This document shows, piece after piece, positions 33,514-44,501 of a stretch of DNA of 64,000 bases (the first letter of the stretch is position 1; the number at the start of each line of letters is the position of its first letter). A program made the position numbers and the translations under genes. Under the pieces are notes generated by a model. That model ran no database searches. It worked only from the letters and a program-made list of their open reading frames with translations, and was not told where the DNA came from. Location of the stretch: positions 62,001-126,000 of the forward strand of contig CDRNVI010000023.1 in assembly GCA_977017575.1 (NCBI GenBank), written 5' to 3'. Origin of the DNA: Paramoeba atlantica (taxonomy: Eukaryota; Protista; Discosea).

Positions 33514-35223
33514 ATGTCATTCCTCCGTAACCAAGGCCTCCCCTCCATGCTCAAGGAGGGCACCACGCACCAGGAGAAACCGCTGCAGAAAAACATTGCC
33601 GCGTGCACCGAGCTCTCCCGCCTCACCCGCTCCTCTCTCGGCCCCCACGGTCTCTCCAAACTCATCATCAACCACCTCTCCAAACTTTTCGTCACCCACG
33701 ACGCCGCCGTCATGATGGCCGAACTCGACATCGAGCACCCCGCCGCCAACCTCCTCGCCATGGCCTCCAAATCCATGGACGAGGAAGTCGGGGACGGCAC
33801 CAACACCGTTCTCACCCTCGCCGGGGAACTCCTCACCCGGGCCCGCGCCCTCCTCCGCCACGGTCTCCACCCCGCCGACATCCTCGACGGCTACCGCACC
33901 GCCCTCTCCGCCGCCGCCCCCCGCCTCCCCGCCCTCGTCGCCCACACCCTCCCCGACCTCCACCACCTCCCCACCCTCCTCCCCGCGCTCCGCACCGCCG
34001 TGGCCCCCAAGGTCGGCCTCGGCCCCCTCTCCACCTTCTTCGCCACCCTCTGCGCCACCGCCTGCATCAACGCCGCCCCCCCCAACCCCGCGGACTTCAA
34101 CGTCGACAACGTGCGCGTCGTCCACGTCGAGGGGGGCCATGCCACCGGCAGCACGGTGGTCCACGGCCTGGTGCTCCCCCCTCCCCACGGGGTTGTGACC
34201 ACCACGAAAGGGCTCCACGCCCCCAAGGTGGTGGTGTACCACTGCGCGGTGGATATTGCGGGCACCGAGACGAAGGGGACGGTGCGGCTGGGGAGTGCGG
34301 CACGGCTGCTGTCGTACTCGAGGGAGGAGGAGACGGTGTTGGGGGGGAAGATCGCGGCGCTGGCACAGGCGGGGGTGGGGGTGGTGGTCTCCAGTGCGAG
34401 TTTCAGTGACCTGGCGGTTCATTTCATGGAGCGGCACGGGATGATGGGGGTGAAGGTGGGGAGTAAGTTTGAGCTTCGGCGGTTGTGTGTGGCGGTGGAG
34501 GCGGTGGCGTTGGCACGGTTTACGGTGCCCTCCCCGGAGGAGTTGGGGCGGTGTGATGTGGTGGAGCAGCGGGAGATTGGGGGGAGCTCGTTGGTGGTGT
34601 TTGAGCAAACCGCGCGGGATTCCAGGGTGAGTACGATTGTGCTTCGTGGGAGTACCTCGACGTATCGTACGGCCCTGGAGCGTGCGCTGGAGGATGGGAT
34701 TAATGTGTACAAGACACTGACAAAGGATCCGCGTGTGGTGGCGGGGGCGGGAGCGTTTGAGGTGGAGCTCACGCGACGGCTCGCGGCGGTGGCGGATGCT
34801 ACTCCCGGGCTGGCACAGTACGCCCTGAAGGAGTTTGCGGAGGCGCTGAGTGTGATCCCCCGCACCCTGGCGGAGGTCTCGGGGTTTCCCCCGACACAGG
34901 CATTGATGGCACTCTCCGCAAAGCATTACCAAAGTGGTGTGGATGTGGAGACGGAGTTGTGTGAGGTGGCAAAAAAGGAAGTAGCGGAAGGAGAGGAGGA
35001 GGATATGGCTCGAGGTGTGTTCCATGGTTTGGATTTAGCCACCGGGGAGACGATGGATGCGTTAAAGCAAGGGGTCGTGGAGCCTTTCGCGTTGAAGCAC
35101 TGGGCGTTGCAGCTCGCGACGGACGCCGCCGTGACCGTGTTACAGATTGATCAAATTATAATGTCTAAGCCGGCTGGAGGACCTAAAATCGCGCCAGGGA
35201 CAGGAAGGGATGAGCTGGAGTAG
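33514..35223 (+). CDS. CCT8: Chaperonin CCT/TRiC theta subunit
   Basis: KNIAAC, SLGPHGLSKLIINHLSKLFVTHDAA, EEVGDGTN, IAGTETKGTV, KVGSKFELRRLC and TVLQIDQIIMSKPAGGPK are theta-specific landmarks. Confidence 0.93.
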   Translation: MSFLRNQGLPSMLKEGTTHQEKPLQKNIAACTELSRLTRSSLGPHGLSKLIINHLSKLFVTHDAAVMMAELDIEHPAANLLAMASKSMDEEVGDGTNTVLTLAGELLTRARALLRHGLHPADILDGYRTALSAAAPRLPALVAHTLPDLHHLPTLLPALRTAVAPKVGLGPLSTFFATLCATACINAAPPNPADFNVDNVRVVHVEGGHATGSTVVHGLVLPPPHGVVTTTKGLHAPKVVVYHCAVDIAGTETKGTVRLGSAARLLSYSREEETVLGGKIAALAQAGVGVVVSSASFSDLAVHFMERHGMMGVKVGSKFELRRLCVAVEAVALARFTVPSPEELGRCDVVEQREIGGSSLVVFEQTARDSRVSTIVLRGSTSTYRTALERALEDGINVYKTLTKDPRVVAGAGAFEVELTRRLAAVADATPGLAQYALKEFAEALSVIPRTLAEVSGFPPTQALMALSAKHYQSGVDVETELCEVAKKEVAEGEEEDMARGVFHGLDLATGETMDALKQGVVEPFALKHWALQLATDAAVTVLQIDQIIMSKPAGGPKIAPGTGRDELE

Positions 35224-35603
35224 GTGCCAGGTGAGATGGTAGACAAGGGGCGGTAGCAGACCCGAAATCTGAATTTATTTTTGATACGCGACTACGGTGT
35301 GGAGAGTTTCGCAACAGGGTTAATGATCTATAAAAAAATGAGCTCCAAATATTGAAAATTGAGTGAAATTGGATCTACGTAACTTGTGTCTTATGGAAAG
35401 CGGGAAGGCGCTTTTTAACATGGCCTTCAGGCGACTTTAGTGCAGCACTTTATAAAAAAATTGAAGCACTGAAAATAAGTTATGTTCGATGTAATCGATA
35501 ATGTAATTACCTAAGTTTATTGCAACTTTACAAGGATTTTTCCTCCTATTTCCTTTTTATCAATAGCCCCCCTCACTCGTCAATCACTTCATTGACCTTG
35601 CTC

Positions 35604-35948
35604 ATGATGGCTCACGGGGCACGAGACGCAATGTCGCGTCTTTCTCATACGACGTCACAAACCTCCTCCCTCCTCCATCGAACTCCCATCCGCAGCTACA
35701 CAGATTATATGCATCGGAAATATCCTGTAAACTGGTTCCCTTATGCCTTCGCTGTGGTTTCTATCGGGTTGTGTTGGAACTTGTACCGCACCGGTCACAT
35801 GCACACTCTGACGGGACGAAACATGTGGCGATATGACATCCACAAGGGTTGGCACACCAATTTCCCCGAAGGGGTGAAGTGGGGAGACGAGATGGGGCCC
35901 ACAGTGGAGTCAATCTACTGCAACCTACCCGATGCAGTCGAGGAGTAA
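35604..35948 (+). CDS. Small hypothetical single-TM protein, possibly mitochondrial
   Basis: Ser/Arg-rich N-terminus, one hydrophobic stretch (WFPYAFAVVSIGLCWNLY) and co-orientation with the cluster. Confidence 0.5.
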   Translation: MMAHGARDAMSRLSHTTSQTSSLLHRTPIRSYTDYMHRKYPVNWFPYAFAVVSIGLCWNLYRTGHMHTLTGRNMWRYDIHKGWHTNFPEGVKWGDEMGPTVESIYCNLPDAVEE

Positions 35949-36420
35949 ACTCGGTGAGAGGTGGACGAATATCGAACCTTGTAAATAATATGTTTTTTGT
36001 GTTTTGAAATTTCTACGCAAACACGTAAATATTCAAATCTATTTGCAAAATATACTTTAAATACCTGCAGTTTTAAAACAAATACTATTTGACGGAGACA
36101 TGCGCTTCCCCATAGCAGATATTGTCAGATTTGTTTATCATGGGGTGTACTGACCTTTGCTATACGAGCTTTTTTTGCTAGATATTTTCATGCACTATCT
36201 TGTTCATCGTGTGATTGTCTCGTCACGAGCATCTTAAGGTCTATAATCATACATCCACGTGAAAGAATATGACACTTTTCAGCGTTTATTTCTTCCTTGT
36301 GAATTTTCTTTGAATTGCGTATTTTTTCTCGTAGAATGTGCATGTATGAATTATACGTTCATGTATGAATATGCGGTATAAGTCTCTGACCTTCCTGTTG
36401 AGCAAGTTTTCGGTCAGAAA

Positions 36421-37359
36421 ATGACAAAAGTTAAATCGCGCGGGAAAAGCGCTAAGTCTTCACGGGAACCACAAATTTGTGAGTGTGCTGGCACGGAACA
36501 CACCTTTTGGCTAAACTGTGTCAACTGTGGAAAGTTGGCGTGTGAGTTGGAATCCAGTTTTCCCACGTGCACCTTTTGTCACAAAGACTGGAACACATTT
36601 ATGCCAAATGAGGAAGACAGCATAGATATAGAATTCTCTAAATTGGGAGTAGAAGGCACGTCCGCCCATGACAGGGCGATACAGGAAAGAGACCGCTTGC
36701 TGCACTATGCCTCCCAGAATGAACAACGCATGTCTGTTGTCGACGACCAAAGTGACTACTACGAGATTCATGCTCGGGGAAGCGAGTGGCTCTCGGAAGA
36801 AGACCGTACAATTGCAATGGCAAAGGAAAAAGACAGGAGAGAAGATGTTGCGGCATTTCAAAAGGAATTTGGTACATACCAGGTTCATTTGGATTTGCTC
36901 AATCAAAGTGTCAGTTTGGGAGGTCCAAAGGAGGCACCTGGAAACTCGCAGAGCGCAGATTCACTTTCGGAAGATATGGCGAGGAGTTTGACTTTACAGT
37001 CCGGAAGAAACACCAATGCAATAGCGTCGCTTCAAGCCCGGCATCGAGCCGCCCAGGTGACCAACAAATCTACAGCGTCTCAAATGGAAGATAATAATTT
37101 ATTATCGAAAAATACAGCATTAGCACGCAGCGATTCCAAGTTCGACGAAACGAATATATTTTCGCAGGAACCTACTTCCTCTCCGGCTGAAAGAAATCCT
37201 CTCTGCCCTAATGATCTGGCTTGCTTTCTTGATAAAGCATACACAAAGACTGGTGCAATGAAAAATATAACACAAGCACCAGCGAAAAATCAACGTTTGC
37301 AAAGTTTTTCTTCCTGGAGGGATTCTGGGAGTGAGATCTCCTCTGAGGAGGAAAGTTGA
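36421..37359 (+). CDS. TRIP4/ASC-1/Rqt4-like C2HC5 zinc-finger protein without an ASCH domain
   Basis: CECAGTEH...NCVNCGKLAC...CTFC plus RDRLLHY...VVDDQSDYY. Confidence 0.85.
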   Translation: MTKVKSRGKSAKSSREPQICECAGTEHTFWLNCVNCGKLACELESSFPTCTFCHKDWNTFMPNEEDSIDIEFSKLGVEGTSAHDRAIQERDRLLHYASQNEQRMSVVDDQSDYYEIHARGSEWLSEEDRTIAMAKEKDRREDVAAFQKEFGTYQVHLDLLNQSVSLGGPKEAPGNSQSADSLSEDMARSLTLQSGRNTNAIASLQARHRAAQVTNKSTASQMEDNNLLSKNTALARSDSKFDETNIFSQEPTSSPAERNPLCPNDLACFLDKAYTKTGAMKNITQAPAKNQRLQSFSSWRDSGSEISSEEES

Positions 37360-37596
37360 GCACATGCCTCTGTATTTTCATCGAGTCTACTCGTCTGCAG
37401 TCGACATTGCTTCTACATTTTACTGTCAACGCACGCGCACATGTCCTGAAACGTGAACCGAAATGTGTATTTAGTAGAATGTACCCCTGTCTTCAAAATT
37501 ACTTGTACAGGTCTTTTCCGCAACTTATTAAAGCGTAACCTACAAAATTTATTATACTTGAAGACGTAGTGAACGTACTGCGAATGGATCTGAATA

Positions 37597-38376
37597 CAGT
37601 CCAGGTATTGGTTTCCCCCTCCCAGGCTCCAGAGCGCGCCGCAAGAGCTTTTGACCTAATTCCTTCGGCATTCGACAGATCTCGAAAAACTAGTGCGTTT
37701 CCCACAGTTGCTTTGCCTATCACCCCCCCTAGGTCCTAAGTGGGCGTGGTGAAAGTTGACAAATTTCAAAAAAAGATATATTTTTGAGAGGGGGAAAAAA
37801 GAAAAAAATGTGTATAGATTCCTATATATTAATACCTACAATGGTCTCCTTGAACGCTCCGCAGAATTCGCAAGCGTTTAGGAACTGAATTCATACAAAT
37901 TAAGAATTGGCGTCCATAAGGATGACGCTTAAGCATCATAAAGGCTTTCCTTAGCGCCTTCCGGAGCTGTTTTTCAGGCTCTGGTTTCAAATTTTCCTTA
38001 ACAATTTGATCAATGCGCTCTGGGAGTGCACATCGTGACGTTTTATGGGTAATAGGGGGTATCTTGCTTTTCGGCGAGTTGTACTGGCCTTTAGTACTGG
38101 TCTTTAGTAGATTTGACGGGAGTATCCCTCAGATTCATAGAATGAGAAACCATATTTGAATAAAAAAAACAAATTTTTGAAAAATTGGGATTTTTTAGTA
38201 AAATTGTGCTATTTTTTGGTGTTTTTATTAAACATTTTTGACCCAGGAGGGGGTGATAGGCAAACAAACGGTGGGAAACGCTCCAGTTTTTCGAGATCTG
38301 TTGAATGCCGAAGGAATTAGGTCAAAAGCTCTTACGGTGTGTTTTGGAGCCTGGGAGGGAACGAGTACCTGGACTG
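37597..38376. mobile_element. Tc1/mariner-type MITE, 780 bp, ~140-bp imperfect TIRs, TA TSD
   Basis: TA|CAGTCCAGGTA...TACCTGGACTG|TA; the arms share AAGAGCTTTTGACCTAATTCCTTCGGCATTC. Confidence 0.85.
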
Positions 38377-38762
38377 TAAGTGCTCATTCATATTCTGCGC
38401 TACAAGGAAAGTTGTCAAACAAGAACGACTCAGACTTTTTGCTCAGAATTTCGTTGTTCAATTGAAATTTTCTCGAGCAACAGGATGTCGGAACTGAAAG
38501 TGTAGTTAAACGAACTAAACATCTTCCTTTCTGTTTCTTTTTCCTTTTTGATAAGAAAACGACGTTTCTTTAACCCACAGACGAGTTTAACTATTAACAA
38601 GGTAGCATGTTTCTGTGTCATTCATTTTTGATGTTGCAAAAAAATCAAAGTATAAATGTACGTAATCTTTAAAATTGGTAACCGACCACCACACCTCTAA
38701 GATGCGCTTATGCGATGATTTCTATTGATTACTACTATATTTGACGCAGTTCATCTGTTCTC

Positions 38763-39470
38763 ATGTTGACCATCTCTCTTCGAGACGATGCAGCCACGGG
38801 AACAAGCTCTCGGTGCGGAAGAGTAAGTGCTGCCGCGCTCTCACCTTACTATCAAATGATGCGAGTCATTACCAATCTACAGAAGAATAAAAAAGTTGAA
38901 GAATGGGAAAAAGAACCCAACGTGTGCCTTTGGTCAGGTATCAAATGTGAAAAACACAAAGTAAGTTCAGTCTTCTGGCAGAATTCTGAGTTGGCGGGCG
39001 AACTCGCTTTGCAGCACCTTCCTATTTCAACTGAAAGAGTGAACTTCTCATTCAATAAGCTTGATAGATTGGATGGCTTGAACAATCTACCTTCAGAGAT
39101 TACCGAATTCGTTTCTGCCAATAATCCGTTGGTCGGTACAATTGATTTAAAATGTATGCCGGAGAAAATGAGACATTACGTAATTTCGGAAACAGAACTA
39201 GATGGAAATTTGGACTTGACGAGTCTTCCGTCAACTATCGTATTTATTTCACTACGAGAAAATAATTTTTCTGGGGAGATCAATTTGTCTCGACTTCCCG
39301 ATTCGCTGAAAACATTATGGCTTCAAGGTAACCGTCTCAGCGGAGTGGTGAATGTTAACAACGTTTCAGAATGTTCTATTGATATACGAAAAAATGCTTT
39401 TGATGGAACGATACCTGATCCCCCACCAGTGTGGCTGAAGTATGAGCCACAGCGCCACAGTAATAAATAG
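38763..39470 (+). CDS. LRR protein
   Basis: CLWSGIKC cap and LPSTIVFISLRENNFSGEINL-type repeats. Confidence 0.85.
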   Translation: MLTISLRDDAATGTSSRCGRVSAAALSPYYQMMRVITNLQKNKKVEEWEKEPNVCLWSGIKCEKHKVSSVFWQNSELAGELALQHLPISTERVNFSFNKLDRLDGLNNLPSEITEFVSANNPLVGTIDLKCMPEKMRHYVISETELDGNLDLTSLPSTIVFISLRENNFSGEINLSRLPDSLKTLWLQGNRLSGVVNVNNVSECSIDIRKNAFDGTIPDPPPVWLKYEPQRHSNK

Positions 39471-39804
39471 GGTGTAAATAGCGCTTTGTAAACTAGGACT
39501 TATTACTAGTAAGAAACTCTAATACTGTTTGTCATCCTTCTATAAAATTCACAAATCTCGGAGACCAATTTTATTGTTGAACAAAGTTGTTCCTTCGTAA
39601 AACAAAATCGACAGTTACGAATGTTTATATTTCATGCATCTTTTACTGGAGGATGCAGAGGTTTACAGATACGCCGATCAATACTTGGAGAGCTTCCAAA
39701 ACGCTATCGATGCGTTTTATCTCTCTGCCTAATCTGAGGAAATAATCTGAAGAAGAAGAAGAAGACATCTGTTTATCATTATAGAATTCGCCTTAGTATT
39801 ATTT

Positions 39805-41709
39805 ATGTTGGAGCACTCAGTGCATTATTTGACGTTGGTCCTCACATGTATTCCTTACCTATTCCTGTCTAAAGATTTTCCTACTTACGCAGGACGACGA
39901 AAAAACTCACAATCGAGCTTTAAACGTTCGTCTGACAGGACTCTTTGCTCAAGGGACCCAACTGAGATCACAGATCCCAGCGTAGTTTCTCCTACATACA
40001 GCGAAGAATGGGCACAACAGTGTATGCATTGGAGTCGGGTCGCCCATTGTCATCACAGCTTACTTGATTCATGGAGTACTGCAGCAAAATCTAAAGCTTA
40101 CGGCAACTCTCTGTACATGAATTTGAATAAACCTTTTTCTTCTGAAAGTCAAAAAATTACACCTGGGGATGAGATTTCTCTTTTACCTATTCAGAATAAA
40201 ACGCTTCAAACACTTGCATTAGTGGTTTTTCATCGCAGAAGAAAGCCCGAGTATCTAAGTTCCTCTAGTAGAAAGAAGGACTTACCCAAGCCGAACAGAC
40301 ATTCTCTTTCATCTAATGGAATAAGAAACATACATTCTACTTTTGAAGAGACAATTGTCTTATCTTTTCGGTCAGGGTATGTTGAAAATCTACGTTCTAT
40401 GCGCATTTGTGAATGGTGTGATGAGTTGTCTCAGAAGGCTTCTCATGCGCATGGTGTTCACGGAAGCTATAATTTTACTTCTTTTGGGCCTCTGAACAAC
40501 CTTTTGCAGAGCGCTTGGCGTCTTCGTTCAAAGTCCCGAATTCACGGAGGAGTTCTTGATGCCTACGAATCATTACGAAGCGAAGTTCATGCATTGTTTC
40601 GCGAGGTTCTGCGAGCGCATGAAACCGCGAATATATTGATTACTGGATTCTGCGGTGGTGGTGCAATTGCGCAGCTTGCCGCATTCGACCTTTGGTATAG
40701 CTTTCCTGAACTTCGTCGTAAGCTGCTAGTGTATACTTTTGGTGTTCCGAAAATGAGCAACAAAAACTTCCTAAAAGGCTACAGCCAACTGTCACCTCAA
40801 GAAAGGCTTCAACAAAGCGCGAGAAGCCAAAAACATTATGGAACTAAAAACGGGAAGCAGAAACCTATTCTGAGTTCGCTTTACCTCCATACGTTTAATA
40901 TTGCTAATTCAGATGATCCACTGCAAGAGTACCCCTCCCTTGTGGGCGACTTCTCCTGGGATCATTTTTCTCATCTCGGACAACAGATTCGTTACACAGT
41001 TCGAGAGTCGCCTTTTTTTATGACGCAACCAATAAAGGTGCCGAATGAAGTTTGGAAACAGGGTTCGGAAAGTGAAGCGCATGTGGATTCTAATGCTAGC
41101 ATTTCGTTCAATATCGAAAAGTCGGGTAAGGAAGGGAGATCACAATGTCACGCCAGGGAGGTCCGTCGATCAGATTTTCGTAACCAATCTGACGAACGTG
41201 CTCCTAACTACGTGGAAACTTATCCTTATCGACCTAAGAGGCGCTCCTTGAGACACTTCTTTCATCCTATACAAACCCCGTTCCTGTTTTTGTATCGTTT
41301 TTACTACTTTGGTGTACATGCGTTACAATGCCCAATAGATGTTTCTTCCAGTATAGCTAAAAAGAAGGACGCACTAAGTCTAATGATTAAATTTCCAGCT
41401 CCATATTCTTCGGCCTGCAGGACTGACAGAACCACAAAGGGATATCTCGTCAATATGTCAACTGCTTATCGAAGGGCTGAGCTTTGTCCTCCAAAAGGCA
41501 ATGGCATTAAAATCACCGGCAAAACGAGTTCCTCGAAGAGTGCAGAGGTGTCCAAACCACCTGTGTACATGAACAATGACGCCCATACCGTATTGCATAA
41601 TGTTCTTGTCAGAGCACGTCAATTATTAGCGGCAGTAGGCTCCGTTTTTCATATGCTGGTGGCATACTTGTCGAATCTTTGCACAGAAAGGAACCACGAG
41701 AGTAACTGA
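39805..41709 (+). CDS. Class-3 lipase-like (alpha/beta hydrolase) protein with an altered nucleophile motif
   Basis: RIHGGVLDAYESL, ILITGFCGGGAIAQLAAFDL, LVYTFGVPKMSN and IANSDDPL align with lipase_3 landmarks. Confidence 0.75.
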   Translation: MLEHSVHYLTLVLTCIPYLFLSKDFPTYAGRRKNSQSSFKRSSDRTLCSRDPTEITDPSVVSPTYSEEWAQQCMHWSRVAHCHHSLLDSWSTAAKSKAYGNSLYMNLNKPFSSESQKITPGDEISLLPIQNKTLQTLALVVFHRRRKPEYLSSSSRKKDLPKPNRHSLSSNGIRNIHSTFEETIVLSFRSGYVENLRSMRICEWCDELSQKASHAHGVHGSYNFTSFGPLNNLLQSAWRLRSKSRIHGGVLDAYESLRSEVHALFREVLRAHETANILITGFCGGGAIAQLAAFDLWYSFPELRRKLLVYTFGVPKMSNKNFLKGYSQLSPQERLQQSARSQKHYGTKNGKQKPILSSLYLHTFNIANSDDPLQEYPSLVGDFSWDHFSHLGQQIRYTVRESPFFMTQPIKVPNEVWKQGSESEAHVDSNASISFNIEKSGKEGRSQCHAREVRRSDFRNQSDERAPNYVETYPYRPKRRSLRHFFHPIQTPFLFLYRFYYFGVHALQCPIDVSSSIAKKKDALSLMIKFPAPYSSACRTDRTTKGYLVNMSTAYRRAELCPPKGNGIKITGKTSSSKSAEVSKPPVYMNNDAHTVLHNVLVRARQLLAAVGSVFHMLVAYLSNLCTERNHESN

Positions 41710-42144
41710 AACGGGGAATATTCGTACGATATGCGCTCCTGCCTCTCTAGAAAGCAAGATTATAGGAATAATCTTGAAGGGAGGTAGTCTGTTAATAATA
41801 GCCAAGTGCCAAGTACATGTATCTTGCTAGTAAGAGCGAGTGGAAGTGGTGATAACGTTGTAGAACGCCTCGGGGATACGTAAAGAGAACATGAATCTCT
41901 CTTTCGATCTTCAAAGGCAGAATCCCTGACTCTTTGTACACATGCCGTGCAATGCGGTAGACAATCGATGGTATCGGTTTCTATCCGAGCGCTGCTCTGC
42001 AGGTACTGTCCTGCATTGAAGTTTACATCTCGCCAATTTACACCTCAAGACCGATAAATTTGGCGAATGCATATTTTCAATCAATAACTCTATTTTAGGA
42101 AATCTTTTGTCTACTACAGAACGTCACTAGTCTAGCTTTAATTC

Positions 42145-42939
42145 ATGTTTCCTCCAAACCCCCTGTCTCTATTGTACGCCACGGATTCGAGCGTGACGCG
42201 ATCCGGAAAGATTCGAGGAGCGAACCTTCCCCCAGAGTATTTGTTAGAGCGTTGTGTGTCTGAATTGACGTTTTCGGATCCAACCTGGAATTCGGGAACT
42301 TCCGCCTGTAAATGGACCGGAATAGAATGTACAGCGGATGAAGAAGTGATCGAAATGAATTGGGATGAGATCAGTGTGAGAGGTACCATACTACTGGAAT
42401 TTTTACCCGAGACTCTTCAAATAGTGACGCTTCAAAACACTGGTATTATGGGCACTATTCCGTGCGGAAAACTTCCTCGGCATCTTCATGAGTTTACTGT
42501 CAGTCAAAATAATTTATCCGGCGCATTGGATTTGTGTGCGCTTCCTGCTTCACTGTTAACATTCAACGTTTTTGCAAATCTACTCTCTGGAAATCTAAAT
42601 TTGAGTGCACTTCCCGAGCAAATTCGGGAGATGCGCTTTCACGTGAATCGTTTTGTGGGAGAACTTTCGCTGACGAATTTACCAGACACATGTGTGTTGT
42701 TATCGTTTTCCAAAAACCAATTTACGGGACCTCTCGATTTAAGTCACATCCCTGTTAAGATAGAATATCTTTGGTTAAATACGAACAAGTTTACGGGAAT
42801 TGTAGATCTGACCCCATTACGGCGGTTAACCGCATGCAAGGTCATGGATTTATCATACAACGAGATTACTGAATTCATCGGTAGTCGTGAATCTGCTATT
42901 GGAACTAGGGCTAAATTGAGTGGACAAAAAGTATCATGA
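42145..42939 (+). CDS. LRR protein
   Basis: CKWTGIEC cap and LPRHLHEFTVSQNNLSGALDL-type repeats. Confidence 0.88.
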   Translation: MFPPNPLSLLYATDSSVTRSGKIRGANLPPEYLLERCVSELTFSDPTWNSGTSACKWTGIECTADEEVIEMNWDEISVRGTILLEFLPETLQIVTLQNTGIMGTIPCGKLPRHLHEFTVSQNNLSGALDLCALPASLLTFNVFANLLSGNLNLSALPEQIREMRFHVNRFVGELSLTNLPDTCVLLSFSKNQFTGPLDLSHIPVKIEYLWLNTNKFTGIVDLTPLRRLTACKVMDLSYNEITEFIGSRESAIGTRAKLSGQKVS

Positions 42940-44501
42940 CTACTATAAACCCCTATTTTTATTATACAGGTAGGTACTGTGACCCCACATACGTGTACAT
43001 ACACACAATTACTTTCAAAGCACGATTCTGTTGTAAATAGTAAAGCAAGCCTTACCAAGGAGTGGGCGAACATTCATCGTACAGTCATCAGTATGTCGTA
43101 CTCAGGTGGACAGCGTGCCTGCCCGTATGAAGACCTTTCTGACGTACCGTGATATTAAATTTACGGGCCTACCGTTACCCCCCCCCCTTAGATATCCCGC
43201 ATTCCGTCTCCGAAATGGGCAGTTTGAGGCTAAGTAACGTACTAGGATAAGTAGCATACTAGGATAAGTAGCGTACTAGAAGAAGTTCGCGCGACATTTG
43301 CGCCAGAAGTTATTTTTAGCATGATACAATCGCGCCGAAAGCATTCGCCGATGTGTTCTTTTGGACGGAGTTGCACGCTGTCCAAGTGAGGCATCAAAAT
43401 CAAGAAAAAGGGATAGGGATACCTCGGTTGGGTGACTTGCGTACAAGTCTAGCACGAATAAAGTCTTGCCGGGGGGATACTTGCTCGTGTCAAAAAACAT
43501 CCTCTATCATTCATTGAAAAAAGGAATCTCCTGTTATCCAGCCTGATCCTGTAACGGTTGAAGTGCAACAGTACAGATCTGATGCTGCCTTCGTTTCCCG
43601 TGCAACTCGACCTCGACAAGACTGAGCGCTCCACAACAGGTGCAGTGGAAACAAACGATGTTCCCAAGTACGTTGTTCTGGGAGGAACCGGGAAAAAGCA
43701 CAGGCATTGTCCAAAACCAAGATGTTACCATGGCCTTTTCTTTCATGTCTTAACTTTCACCCTCTTTGTGCCACGGATTTCCTAGGTTATTTCACTTGTG
43801 GGCTCCCGACACACCGAAGCCTCATCACCAGTCACAATATATGACTTATGTATTGTACACAATATACATACACCGCGGTTCCTGCGTACCCACCGCGGTT
43901 CCCTTATTTAGTCTAGTACACCCCCTCTAGCTCTCCACTCTAAAAAAATACCTACAGAAACTGTCAGAGTCCGCCAGAAACTGTCAGAGTCCGCGAGTTC
44001 CCGCCAGAAACTGCCAGCGACCTACAGCGATCTATAGGTACCGTCTACATACTCTCCATTTTCTTCGCGAAGTAAAGACACCGTTTCTGAAAAATATGCT
44101 TCACTGAAGCCTGACAAGTTGTGCTGAGTTTGTCAACTCAGCATGGGGAAGCATGGTCGGGACCTCATCGCGGTCTTCCCTGGAACTATCATTTTGCAGA
44201 TGATATTTACTCAGACTTACATTTTGCAGATAGACAACCTACTCAAACGACAGAAATACCGTTTCTGCAAAAATTAATTTTATCAAGTTGGCAAATTTTT
44301 TGAGGGCAGTGCAAAAATTAGTAAATTTTTAATTAGTAAAACTTTTTTTATTATTTTACAATAAAAGTTTTACTAATTTTTGCGAGCACTGTATCTTTCG
44401 TCGAAAATGAACGCCGTACTCACTGACAAACGTTTGCTTCCTATCTACGAATCATGATTCTCATTGTTCTCAGAACACCGAGAATTATTTTCTGAATATA
44501 A

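Noticed and set aside
33517-35025. 502-aa antisense ORF and 268-aa alternate-frame ORF over CCT8
   Set aside because: Explained by extreme C3/G3 bias removing stop codons.
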